Origin: Clostridia bacterium
GTDB taxonomy: Bacteria; Bacillota; Clostridia; Monoglobales; Monoglobaceae
DNA length: 64,000 nucleotides
NCBI GenBank assembly: GCA_900769795.1
Contig: CAAGHZ010000001.1
Location: 25,178 to 89,177 of the forward strand
Direction: 5' to 3'
Below, in pieces: positions 37,644-46,753 of this stretch. The notes below the pieces were generated by a model, which was not told where the DNA came from, did no database searches, and saw only the letters and a list, made by a program, of their open reading frames with translations. The translations under genes and the position numbers were made by a program. How positions within the stretch are numbered: position 1 is the first letter of the stretch; every line of letters starts with the position of its first letter.

Positions 37644-39953
37644 CTACAAAGTCCCTTCTCCCTCGGATTCGGATGGTGTTTTTTCTATTGAATTTTCCGG
37701 TTTCTTTCCATCTGCATTGTCTTTATTGCTATTTTTATTGGAAGTTGCACCGTTGTCTTTATTGCTTGGCAATACTGCATCAGGGATGCTTGTGCCTTCC
37801 TTTTGGCTCTCGCCATCTTCCCGGTCATCGTATTTTCCATCTTTAATATCCATATAGGCATCAAACACAGCTCGTGCCACATTTGCCGCAAACACACTCT
37901 TTTCGCCATGTTCTATTATTACCGCTATTACGATTTCAGGGTCATCGTATGGTGCAAAGCCCACAAACAACACATTGTCTTTTCCATCAGGCACTTCGGC
38001 TGTACCCGTCTTGCCCGCCGCCTTATATTTGCTCGTAGCAAAAGCTGCCTGCGCTGTTCCCATGGTTACAACCTGACGCATTCCTGATTTCACCGCATTA
38101 AATGTACTATCTGAGATCGGTGTGTTTGACAATACTTTATGTTCATTTTTAAACACAACCTCATCTGTGTCATAATCAACAATCTCGTCAACCAAATGCA
38201 GAGAGTATCTCTTGCCTCTGTTAAGAATAGTACATACATATGACGCAAGTTGCGCAGGGGTAAACATATTATCAGACTGTCCTATTGACGCCTGCAAAAC
38301 GTCACCCGGATACCATATTCCACCAGATGCCTCACGCGCCTTGGGGCTTGCGAGAATTCCTGTGCTCTCGGGGAGTTCAATACCGGTATTCTCTCCAAGT
38401 CCAAACCCTGTCGCATATTCATCTATGGTTTCGATGCCCGTACGTCTACCTACATCATAAAAGAAATAGTTGCACGAAACCCCAATAGCCTCAGAGACCT
38501 CTATCGTTCCGTGAGTTGCCCCTGTCGATGAATACACAAGACAAGTCGGCTGATATGAATCATAATAGGTATACTTACCTTTATCTGCAATATAAGTTCC
38601 GGGGGTTATTACGCCTGTTTCCAACGCCGCAATAGCCGTCAAGGGCTTAAAGGTAGACCCCGGAGAATACGTTCCGCTGAGAACTCTGTTTATAAGCGGC
38701 TTTGCCTTAGAGCTCAATAATTTCTCATAATCCTCGTTAAATGTTGTCAAATCATAAGACGGATACGAAGCCATAGCAAGCACGCCACCCGTTTTGGGAT
38801 TTACTGCAATTGCCGCTCCTGCGCCGTTTGTGCCAACCGATGTCAGCACTTGCGCACTCAACGCTCTTTCCATCTCTTTTTGCAGATCAATATTAATAGT
38901 AAGTCTTGCAAAGTTGCCCGGTTTTGGCTCACTGTTTCCTATTATCTGCGTAACTCCACCACTGCGGTTCATCTCTACACTTTTGTATCCATCCTGCCCC
39001 TTAAGATATGGTTCAAGCACCTTCTCAAGTCCGTCTTTTCCAATAATATCGGTCATCCCGTAGCCTTCATTCTTCATTTCCTCATATTCTTCAGCATAAA
39101 TCCTGCCTGTTCTTCCAAGAATATGAGCCGCCATAGTGCCGTTTGCAAAAGACCTTATTGGCTCTATTACGATTTCCACTCCTCTAAATCTCATAAACTG
39201 CTCTTTTATCTGTTGTTGCACAATCTTGTCTACATCATGAGAGAGTATATACGGGTTTTTCTCGCTGAACCTTGCCTTATCCATAGCATATCTTATAGCG
39301 ACAACAGTCAGCGCTTTTTTATCGTCAAACTCCGATGAAACCGAGTATTTTTTCTTATAAAAGTCAAAAATCTGATCAGCAGATGTATATTCAGTCAGTT
39401 TATTATCCTTTTTCCATTTGTCCAGGGCTTTCTCGTCTTTTTTTCTTTTTTCTTCTATTCTTTTCTGTCCGGACTCTGCGTCCTCGTCATCTTTTTCTTC
39501 TTTATCTGTGCCTTCAATCTTTTTTATTGGGCTTACCCCTTCGACTTTTCTTGTTCCGCCATTGCTTTCTATGTCAAAATCAAATTCAAGTTCTCCTGTA
39601 ATTTTATTCCTTACAATAGGAAACAAACTCTCAATCTCTCCTCCATAAAGAGCTGTAAGATGTGCAGCATCATAAAGTATGCGATTGAGCTCATCCTCTG
39701 TTATGTCTATTTTCTGAATCTGTATACTGGCACCCATCCTGTTTTCTACAATCGGTCTATCATTGCAATCAAGAATTTCTCCTCTTGGCGCAGGGATGGA
39801 ATACGCTCGAACCAGACGTCTGTTTGCCTGCCCTTCATAATCCGACCCCTTTACAATCTGTAAATCAAAGAGGCGCACGAAACAAACCATTGCCAGAACA
39901 AGTGCAATAGCAATAACTATACCAAGTCTTCTCCCTGATACCATGTTTCGCAT
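37644..39953 (-). CDS. mrdA: Penicillin-binding protein 2 (class B transpeptidase, elongasome type)
   Basis: 769 aa. N-terminal TM segment, then SxxK (STFK), SxN (SCN) and KTG (KTGTAE). It follows mreBCD. It carries a K/E-rich insertion and a long low-complexity tail. Confidence 0.9.
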   Translation of the reverse strand: MRNMVSGRRLGIVIAIALVLAMVCFVRLFDLQIVKGSDYEGQANRRLVRAYSIPAPRGEILDCNDRPIVENRMGASIQIQKIDITEDELNRILYDAAHLTALYGGEIESLFPIVRNKITGELEFDFDIESNGGTRKVEGVSPIKKIEGTDKEEKDDEDAESGQKRIEEKRKKDEKALDKWKKDNKLTEYTSADQIFDFYKKKYSVSSEFDDKKALTVVAIRYAMDKARFSEKNPYILSHDVDKIVQQQIKEQFMRFRGVEIVIEPIRSFANGTMAAHILGRTGRIYAEEYEEMKNEGYGMTDIIGKDGLEKVLEPYLKGQDGYKSVEMNRSGGVTQIIGNSEPKPGNFARLTINIDLQKEMERALSAQVLTSVGTNGAGAAIAVNPKTGGVLAMASYPSYDLTTFNEDYEKLLSSKAKPLINRVLSGTYSPGSTFKPLTAIAALETGVITPGTYIADKGKYTYYDSYQPTCLVYSSTGATHGTIEVSEAIGVSCNYFFYDVGRRTGIETIDEYATGFGLGENTGIELPESTGILASPKAREASGGIWYPGDVLQASIGQSDNMFTPAQLASYVCTILNRGKRYSLHLVDEIVDYDTDEVVFKNEHKVLSNTPISDSTFNAVKSGMRQVVTMGTAQAAFATSKYKAAGKTGTAEVPDGKDNVLFVGFAPYDDPEIVIAVIIEHGEKSVFAANVARAVFDAYMDIKDGKYDDREDGESQKEGTSIPDAVLPSNKDNGATSNKNSNKDNADGKKPENSIEKTPSESEGEGTL

Positions 39954-39975
39954 TTTTTCGCCTCATTTCATATTT

Positions 39976-40485
39976 TTATATGCCATATCTTCTATTTATC
40001 AATCCAAAACTTTTTTCTATAAGTCTGTATATAACAAAACAAAGTACAGACGAATATAATGACTCAAGAATAATAACACGGGTAAAGGCCAACCAGAATC
40101 CTAAGCCTCCCCACACCATATTATAAGCAATATAATATACGATTCCGCTTATCATCGATATAGCAAAAACTATCACCGTTGCCGCAACGCTGCCCGTACC
40201 GCTTATAAACCTTTCGCAAAGTAATCCCGCAAAGAGACCGGCATACATATAAAGCAACGCATTTACGCCTATCATTCTACCAATAATAAAATCAAAGACC
40301 AGACCATAAACAAATCCACAGACAGCCCCGGTCTTTTTTCCTTTTATCATGGCTGCCGCCAATACAAAAACAAGGAACAAATTTGGTGCAATCCCAAACA
40401 CACTTATTGAACTGATTAACGTCGGCTGCAAGACGGCTATCACAAAAAGCCATATCGCATAAAACAAAACATTTATTACCTTCAT
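39976..40485 (-). CDS. mreD: Rod shape-determining protein MreD
   Basis: 169 aa and about 5 TM segments, immediately downstream of mreC. Confidence 0.8.
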   Translation of the reverse strand: MKVINVLFYAIWLFVIAVLQPTLISSISVFGIAPNLFLVFVLAAAMIKGKKTGAVCGFVYGLVFDFIIGRMIGVNALLYMYAGLFAGLLCERFISGTGSVAATVIVFAISMISGIVYYIAYNMVWGGLGFWLAFTRVIILESLYSSVLCFVIYRLIEKSFGLINRRYGI

Positions 40486-40501
40486 ATTTTATAAACTCTT
40501 T

Positions 40502-41419
40502 CTACTCATCAAGATTATCATCGTCATCAGACTCAGTCTCTTCAGTCTCATCGTATGTTTCGTAATCTTCTTCGGTCAAATCTGCCTCTGTGTAATCAAT
40601 TACAACAAAAACCTCGTTAACCTTTGATATATCTGCCAGCGGCTCGATTGTGGCCGCCTTTGACATAGTTGCGTTTTCGTCATACACTTCTGTAACCACA
40701 CCGACCAACAGCCCTTTTGGGAAAATCCCTCCAAGCCCTGAGGTTTCTATGAAATCCCCTTGTTTTATATCTGTATCTCTTGCTATATACCCAAGACGGC
40801 ATTTACCTGAAAATCTGAGTTCTGCATTGCCCTCTATAATGCCAACCTCTTTTGACCTTTTTATAATCGCTCCAACTGATGACTGGGGGTCAAGAATAGT
40901 TATTACATCTGCCCAATCTTTGCCAACTCGGGATACTTGTCCTATAAGTTCTCTGTTCGAGTTCACAACGGGCTGATTTATCTCAACTCCATCATCGCTC
41001 CCGCTGCTTATTGTAAACGAAGAATACCAGTTTGTAGGGTCTTTTGCAATAACCGACGCCGCAACCATATCTATTCTTGTCTCACGCTCAAATAGTTTTA
41101 ACATTTTGCGGAACTCATTATTCTCATTTTCAAGTCCCCTCATTTCAAGAATCTGTTTTTGCAAATTAGTATTTTCATTTCTCAATCTCTCGTTTTCAGC
41201 CCCGAGTTTTTTTACATTGCCAAAATATTCAGCAAACCCTGAAAGCCATCCACCGGCGCCCGATACAGCCCCCTGAGATGGCGCAACTACGCCTCCTCCT
41301 ACGTTCTCAATCACTGAGGTCTGTCTGCCGCGAGCGCTGTATACCCCTATAATTACGGCCGCACCTATCGTCACCAAAACCAAAAATAGAGCCAGTCTGT
41401 TTTGGAATAATCTTCTCAC
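40502..41419 (-). CDS. mreC: Rod shape-determining protein MreC
   Basis: 305 aa. TM segment, coiled coil (LGAENERLRNENTNLQKQILEMRGLENENNEFRKM) and beta-barrel domains. The C-terminal tail is acidic. Confidence 0.9.
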   Translation of the reverse strand: MRRLFQNRLALFLVLVTIGAAVIIGVYSARGRQTSVIENVGGGVVAPSQGAVSGAGGWLSGFAEYFGNVKKLGAENERLRNENTNLQKQILEMRGLENENNEFRKMLKLFERETRIDMVAASVIAKDPTNWYSSFTISSGSDDGVEINQPVVNSNRELIGQVSRVGKDWADVITILDPQSSVGAIIKRSKEVGIIEGNAELRFSGKCRLGYIARDTDIKQGDFIETSGLGGIFPKGLLVGVVTEVYDENATMSKAATIEPLADISKVNEVFVVIDYTEADLTEEDYETYDETEETESDDDDNLDE

Positions 41420-41455
41420 ATTATCACTCCTATGTATAGAGTCAATTTACCTTCC

Positions 41456-42448
41456 CTAAAACCACTTGCCGTATCCGCCAAACATATACTCGGTGGCTTT
41501 TCCTGCTCCCACCGCTGTACATTCAAGGGGATTTTCTGCAATATATACAGGGATGTCTGTGTTTACATTAATTAGTCTGCCAAGGCCTCTGAGCTGCGCA
41601 CCACCACCTGTTAATACAATTCCGCTCTCCATTACATCTGCTGCAAGTTCGGGCGGCGTGTTCTCAAGAGTTACTTTAACCGCATCAACAATTGTATCTG
41701 CAAGTTCTGTAAGGCACATTCTTATCTCATCACTGGTAACCTTAGCGGATTTTGGCAGGCCTTCTACCATATCTCTGCCGTTTACCTCCATTACCTCGCT
41801 GTTCATACCCGTATATACAGAACCAAGATTGATTTTTATATTTTCGGCAGTAGCATCACCTATTATCATATTATACTGCTTTTTGATATGCTGAACGATA
41901 GCCGCATCAAAGCTCGCCCCCGCTGTACGCACCGTATGGGAAACAACTATTCCTCCAAGAGACACAACGGCAACCTCACATATTCCGGCACCGATATCAA
42001 CTATCATACTGCCGTGAGGCATAGCAAGGTCAACTCCGCAACCGCTTGCCGCCGCAAGGACAGACTCCATCAACACAACCTCTTTTATGCCGGCGCCTCT
42101 TGCCGCCTCCTGAACTGCTCTGCGTTCAACTTCGCTTATTCCACAAGGCACAGCAATTACCGCTCTGATACGATAAAAAGAACTGCCTATTGTGTTCTTT
42201 ATAAAATGCTTGAGCATAGCAACAGTCGCATTATATCCCGTGATTGCGCCACCTCTTATTGGCGCAATGGCAGAAACACCCTCGGGGGTTCTTCCCATCA
42301 TTTCGTTTGCTTCTGCACCAACGGCTACAATCTGACCTGTAGTATTGCTTTTGATAACCATTGACGGCTCGTTTAAAACGACACCTATATCCTTCATATA
42401 AAATAATGTACTTGAAGTTCCTAAATCAATTCCAATATCTATAGCCAT
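41456..42448 (-). CDS. mreB: Rod shape-determining protein MreB (actin-like ATPase)
   Basis: 330 aa. Phosphate-1 motif IDLGTSSTL and the MreB-typical NEPSMV. Confidence 0.95.
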   Translation of the reverse strand: MAIDIGIDLGTSSTLFYMKDIGVVLNEPSMVIKSNTTGQIVAVGAEANEMMGRTPEGVSAIAPIRGGAITGYNATVAMLKHFIKNTIGSSFYRIRAVIAVPCGISEVERRAVQEAARGAGIKEVVLMESVLAAASGCGVDLAMPHGSMIVDIGAGICEVAVVSLGGIVVSHTVRTAGASFDAAIVQHIKKQYNMIIGDATAENIKINLGSVYTGMNSEVMEVNGRDMVEGLPKSAKVTSDEIRMCLTELADTIVDAVKVTLENTPPELAADVMESGIVLTGGGAQLRGLGRLINVNTDIPVYIAENPLECTAVGAGKATEYMFGGYGKWF

Positions 42449-42477
42449 ATTTCCCTCCCGGCAATATTGCCTTATTA

Positions 42478-43065
42478 TTATACTTCGTAATTAAAATTCT
42501 CTTTAAGTGATTTAAAAAGAGTGCACAGAGGAAGCCCTACAACGTTGAAATAATCTCCTTTTATTCCCTCTACAAAGAGTGCACCGACTCCCTGTATTCC
42601 GTAGGCTCCTGCCTTATCCATAGGCTCGCCTGATTTTATATATTTCTCAATCTCGTCATCAGTCAATAGTCTGAATTTTACCACTGTCCTCTCAAAATCA
42701 CGTACTGTTTCTCCCGTTGTATTATCAACTATTGCAAATCCCGTACATACGTGATGCTCTCTGCCCGAGAGCAGTTTTAACATCTCTTTTGCCTCTGCCT
42801 CGTCCTTTGGCTTACCAAGGACCCTGCCGTCTATGCAGACGACCGTATCTGCTCCGATCACAAGAGCATCACCATCTGCCATTTTCGCCACGTTCTGTGC
42901 CTTTTGCAAAGCAAGGCATTTGACGAGTTCTTCCGGTGTCAAATCAGGGGCTGCTACTTCTTCAGTGGTGTCAATCATTATGTCAAATTCGGATATTAAT
43001 CCGCCAAGAAGTTCCCTTCGCCTTGGTGACTGAGATGCCAATACAATTCTTTTCTTCTCACTCAT
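42478..43065 (-). CDS. maf: Maf-like nucleoside triphosphate pyrophosphatase
   Basis: Motif LASQSPRRRELL, in the conserved position upstream of mreB. Confidence 0.93.
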   Translation of the reverse strand: MSEKKRIVLASQSPRRRELLGGLISEFDIMIDTTEEVAAPDLTPEELVKCLALQKAQNVAKMADGDALVIGADTVVCIDGRVLGKPKDEAEAKEMLKLLSGREHHVCTGFAIVDNTTGETVRDFERTVVKFRLLTDDEIEKYIKSGEPMDKAGAYGIQGVGALFVEGIKGDYFNVVGLPLCTLFKSLKENFNYEV

Positions 43066-43074
43066 AGTTCTTCA

Positions 43075-43512
43075 CTACTTTCCTGTAGAGCCAAATCCAC
43101 CGGCTCCACGTTCTGTACTCTCCAATGTTTCCGCAATAAACAGTTTTGCCTTCTCTACCGGCAAAAATACAAGTTGGGCAATTCTGTCACCGGGATTTAT
43201 TGTGTAATCCTCTTTTGATACGTTTATAGCAGCAACCTTAACCTCACCTGTATAATCTGTATCAATTACGCCGACGCTGTTGCACATTGTAATACCCTGC
43301 TTGAATGACAACCCTGACCTCGGGAAAACAAAAGCCCCATATCCCTCAGGAATCTTAATAGCAAAACCGAGGGGGATGAGTTGTCTCTCTCCTGCCTTTA
43401 TGGTAACAGGCGCGTCTATCGCCGCTGACAAATCCATACCAAGGCTGCCATCAGTTGCGTACTCCGGCATTTTTGCAAACTCTGACAATATCTTAATCTT
43501 TACATCAATCAT
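43075..43512 (-). CDS. dut: dUTP diphosphatase
   Basis: 145 aa. Motifs RSGLSFKQG and C-terminal GGFGSTG. Confidence 0.93.
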   Translation of the reverse strand: MIDVKIKILSEFAKMPEYATDGSLGMDLSAAIDAPVTIKAGERQLIPLGFAIKIPEGYGAFVFPRSGLSFKQGITMCNSVGVIDTDYTGEVKVAAINVSKEDYTINPGDRIAQLVFLPVEKAKLFIAETLESTERGAGGFGSTGK

Positions 43513-43526
43513 TTAAAACACTCCTT

Positions 43527-45578
43527 TTATAAAAGCGCACCTTTGAGATAATTTAACCTTGTGTATTCAAAATCAACAGCTTGTCCTTCGCCTTGATACG
43601 CCCGGCATATTTTTCTGCATTCGTTTTTATCTTCTGTAGTAAACATCAGTCTCAGATAATCTGCACCTGTGTTTTTTAACTCAACAATCTTATCTCCCAT
43701 ATAAAGTGGCACAGAATTGAGAACAACACTTCTGCAGATATCTCCATCTTTCACAATTGGGAAAGTGGCTCCCGTACGGTCGGTCATCTCTCCTGAGCCA
43801 TCGCACGGACACTTCTTCATATTCTTTAAAATACAATTCTCTGTCGTCATCAGCGGAAGCCTGCCGTACGCTATTACCTCTGTTTTTACGCGCTTTGCCA
43901 CATCTCTTGCCTGAGGCAAATTCATCTCTGCTGACAAGCACAGTAAATCAACCCCCATTGACGCAACCTCACACAATGCACGGCTGTTGGTGATATTCAT
44001 GCGATAACTTCCAAAGATTTCAAACCCCTCTGCTATTGCCAGTGCATCTATGGTCATAATTTCTGCCTTTAAAAATCCTTCACCCTTTAGACGCAAAAGC
44101 CTTTGTCTGTATTGTTGTCGCACAGGCTCTTTTATTATTGCAGGCAAAGAAACCACTATTCTCTCCGCATCTGTCGATAACTCCTCCCGATGCTTCTCTA
44201 TAATGTGTAATGGCACATATATATGCTCAAATTCAAACTCTTTGACTACCCTGTATTGTTCTATATCAAAAACAGAGCACGTAAATTCTCCGCTGCCTTT
44301 ATGGTCTGTCTTCCTGATTTCTTTTGCATCTTCCAGCCTTTTGTCTCTGTGTTTTTTTAGTATTTCTTGTTCAAAGGCCGCTATCCCTTTTCTTCTGAGT
44401 TCATTTATAACCGACACAGGCACAAAGGCACTTTGCGACAGCACAACCTCTATTCTATTCACCCTAAATGCTGTACCACCTGTTTTTTCAAGTTGGGTTA
44501 CTACCCCTTCTTTTATTGCAGGCCTGTTTGCTGCAGTTTGTATTTCTTCGTCGCCAAAAACCGTTACTGAGTTCTCTGCACCCTTTACAATAAGGCATGG
44601 TTTTTTGCCCTCTTCAAACGTAGCCGACATACAGACAGGAATCTGTTTATCTTTCGGTTTCTCATGTGTTTCTTCATTCTTCAGATATGGGTTATCAGGT
44701 TTATCAAAAGCAAACATCTGCGGTCCTTTGTCACCCATATAATATCCGTCAGTCAATCCGCCGCGGAAGAATATACGATTAAGCCTGTCCTTTTCTTCTT
44801 TTGACGGAAGTCTGTCTTCATCTATCAGCCGCCTGTAAGTAGATACAACTTCTCTTACATAGGCTTCTCCTTTCATTCTTCCCTCAATTTTAAGAGAAGC
44901 AACTCCATCGCTTTTCAACTCTCTGATATGTTCTGCAAGAGACATATCCTTTAAACTAAGATAGTACTTAGCCTCGGCGCCTGACGAATATAAAAGCCTG
45001 CATGGCTGTGCACACTTTCCTCTGTTGCCGCTTCTGCCACCTATAACACTGCTGAAGAGACATTGCCCCGAATAACTCATACACATTGCACCGTGGACAA
45101 ACACCTCTGCCTCTGCAGATATATTTTTTATAATTTTTCTGATTTCCTCGCCTGACAGTTCTCTTGAAAGCACAACCCTTGAAACTCCCATTTTTTCAAG
45201 CACCCTTACTCCATCCGCCGAATGTACTGTCATTTGTGTACTTCCGTGAAGTTCCAAATCAGGCGACATTTCACGGATTAAGCCAAGAACTCCCATATCT
45301 TGAACGATAGCCGCATCAACGCCTGCTTTGGTAATAACCTTTATAAACTTTTCAAGTTCTTTGTACTCTCTGTCATACACAAGTGTATTTACCGTAATAT
45401 AACATTTTGCCCCCCTAATATGACAAAAATCTGCGGCTTTGCAGATTTCATCATCAGTAAGGTTGCCCGCATAACTTCGCGCACCAAAGCCCTGTCCGGC
45501 AAAATATACTGCGTCGGCTCCGCTGTTTACCGCAGCCAAAACACACTCATAAGTTCCTGCAGGTGCAAGTAGTTCCAT
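43527..45578 (-). CDS. Peptidase U32 family protein (long form)
   Basis: 683 aa. N-terminal ELLAPAG and the U32 signature EVFVHGAMCMSYSGQCLFS. Confidence 0.85.
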   Translation of the reverse strand: MELLAPAGTYECVLAAVNSGADAVYFAGQGFGARSYAGNLTDDEICKAADFCHIRGAKCYITVNTLVYDREYKELEKFIKVITKAGVDAAIVQDMGVLGLIREMSPDLELHGSTQMTVHSADGVRVLEKMGVSRVVLSRELSGEEIRKIIKNISAEAEVFVHGAMCMSYSGQCLFSSVIGGRSGNRGKCAQPCRLLYSSGAEAKYYLSLKDMSLAEHIRELKSDGVASLKIEGRMKGEAYVREVVSTYRRLIDEDRLPSKEEKDRLNRIFFRGGLTDGYYMGDKGPQMFAFDKPDNPYLKNEETHEKPKDKQIPVCMSATFEEGKKPCLIVKGAENSVTVFGDEEIQTAANRPAIKEGVVTQLEKTGGTAFRVNRIEVVLSQSAFVPVSVINELRRKGIAAFEQEILKKHRDKRLEDAKEIRKTDHKGSGEFTCSVFDIEQYRVVKEFEFEHIYVPLHIIEKHREELSTDAERIVVSLPAIIKEPVRQQYRQRLLRLKGEGFLKAEIMTIDALAIAEGFEIFGSYRMNITNSRALCEVASMGVDLLCLSAEMNLPQARDVAKRVKTEVIAYGRLPLMTTENCILKNMKKCPCDGSGEMTDRTGATFPIVKDGDICRSVVLNSVPLYMGDKIVELKNTGADYLRLMFTTEDKNECRKICRAYQGEGQAVDFEYTRLNYLKGALL

Positions 45579-45643
45579 AGCCGGAGCCTCCGTTTCAGAA
45601 TTACAGGGATTAAGATTTTCGTCTTATACCATTTTTCAATAAT

Positions 45644-46039
45644 TTATCTGTGTCCCATAGGATTTCTTCTCAAACTCGAGAGTTCTGTTTCCTTTTTAGC
45701 AATCTCTATCTGAAGTTTGTGTACATCCTCACGAAGCTTTTCTACCTCAAGACGCTTTGCCTCAAGTTCTGTGCTGAGACCTCTTGCCTCTTCCATATAA
45801 CCTTTAAGCTCAACGCGAAGATTATCAAGGACACCCTCGTTCTTTAAATAATCATCTGCAATGGTTATTGCCGACAATACTGCCTTCATGGCAGTGCTAA
45901 GTTGAGGGTTACCTTCTGAAATCTTGTTCATATGCTTATTTACCATAAGCGCAACCCTCTGCACATACTCCTCGGGCTCGTTTGTCACAAGCGTGTACTC
46001 GATATTATTGATTTTTACTTCAACTTTTTTGCTTTCCAT
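45644..46039 (-). CDS. zapA: Cell division protein ZapA
   Basis: 131 aa. The N-terminal KVEVKINNIEYTLVTNEPEEYVQRVA matches the ZapA fold pattern, and the C-terminus is a coiled coil. Confidence 0.8.
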   Translation of the reverse strand: MESKKVEVKINNIEYTLVTNEPEEYVQRVALMVNKHMNKISEGNPQLSTAMKAVLSAITIADDYLKNEGVLDNLRVELKGYMEEARGLSTELEAKRLEVEKLREDVHKLQIEIAKKETELSSLRRNPMGHR

Positions 46040-46100
46040 GACTTATCCTCCAATGGAAAATTTTTATTAAACAAATGTTGCAGTATAAAACATTTTTGTC

Positions 46101-46643
46101 TTACTTTGTTTTGTTTCTTATTGCCATATATTTAAGAATACCAAAAACTGATTTTGCATCATTTATCTCACCTGACATAACCATGTCAAATACCTTTTCT
46201 GCGGGAATCTTTTCAATCTCCAAAAACTCCCCTTCGTCAGGATGGCATTCTCCTTCCTGCAAATCTTCTGCAAGATAAACATGTGTAACCTCATCTGTAA
46301 ACCCCGGAGACGGATACATAAAACCAAGGTATTCAAAACCTTGTGCCGTATATCCCGTTTCTTCTTCAAGTTCACGGATTCCGCATGCTCTGTGATGCTC
46401 GCCCGGGTCAAGTTTCCCTGCCGGGATTTCATAAATTGCTTTTTCTATAGGCTTGCGATACTGCCTCACCAATATTATCTCATCGTTATCAGTGACGGCC
46501 ACAATGCCTACTCCACCCGGATGTCCGACTATTTCTCGTGTCGTAACTCTTCCGCCCGGCATCAAGACCTTATCTACCCTAAGTTTTACTATCCTGCCAT
46601 CAAATATTATATCCGAAGAAACGCTTTTTTCCTCATAAATCAT
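46101..46643 (-). CDS. NUDIX hydrolase (ADP-ribose pyrophosphatase-like)
   Basis: Nudix box GKLDPGEHHRACGIRELEEETGY. The ATG at 46643 has GGAGA 7 nt upstream. The track start at 46754 would add a 37-aa Cys-rich extension. Confidence 0.85.
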   Translation of the reverse strand: MIYEEKSVSSDIIFDGRIVKLRVDKVLMPGGRVTTREIVGHPGGVGIVAVTDNDEIILVRQYRKPIEKAIYEIPAGKLDPGEHHRACGIRELEEETGYTAQGFEYLGFMYPSPGFTDEVTHVYLAEDLQEGECHPDEGEFLEIEKIPAEKVFDMVMSGEINDAKSVFGILKYMAIRNKTK

Positions 46644-46753
46644 ATCTGCATCTCCAACATCATCAGAATATTTAATAAATATGTCTCTGTCTGAGGCACA
46701 TTTATTAAATATTCTGCAAGTTCCGCAAAAGCGGAACTTGCAGATGTATTTCA

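Noticed and set aside
44050-44742. A 230-aa plus-strand ORF. Similar long antisense ORFs occur at 1449-2138, 56280-56945, 36323-36892, 10950-11468, 12439-12948 and 14936-15454.
   Set aside because: Each is antisense to a gene with clear family motifs. Their Ser/Phe/Leu-rich composition is typical of shadow frames.
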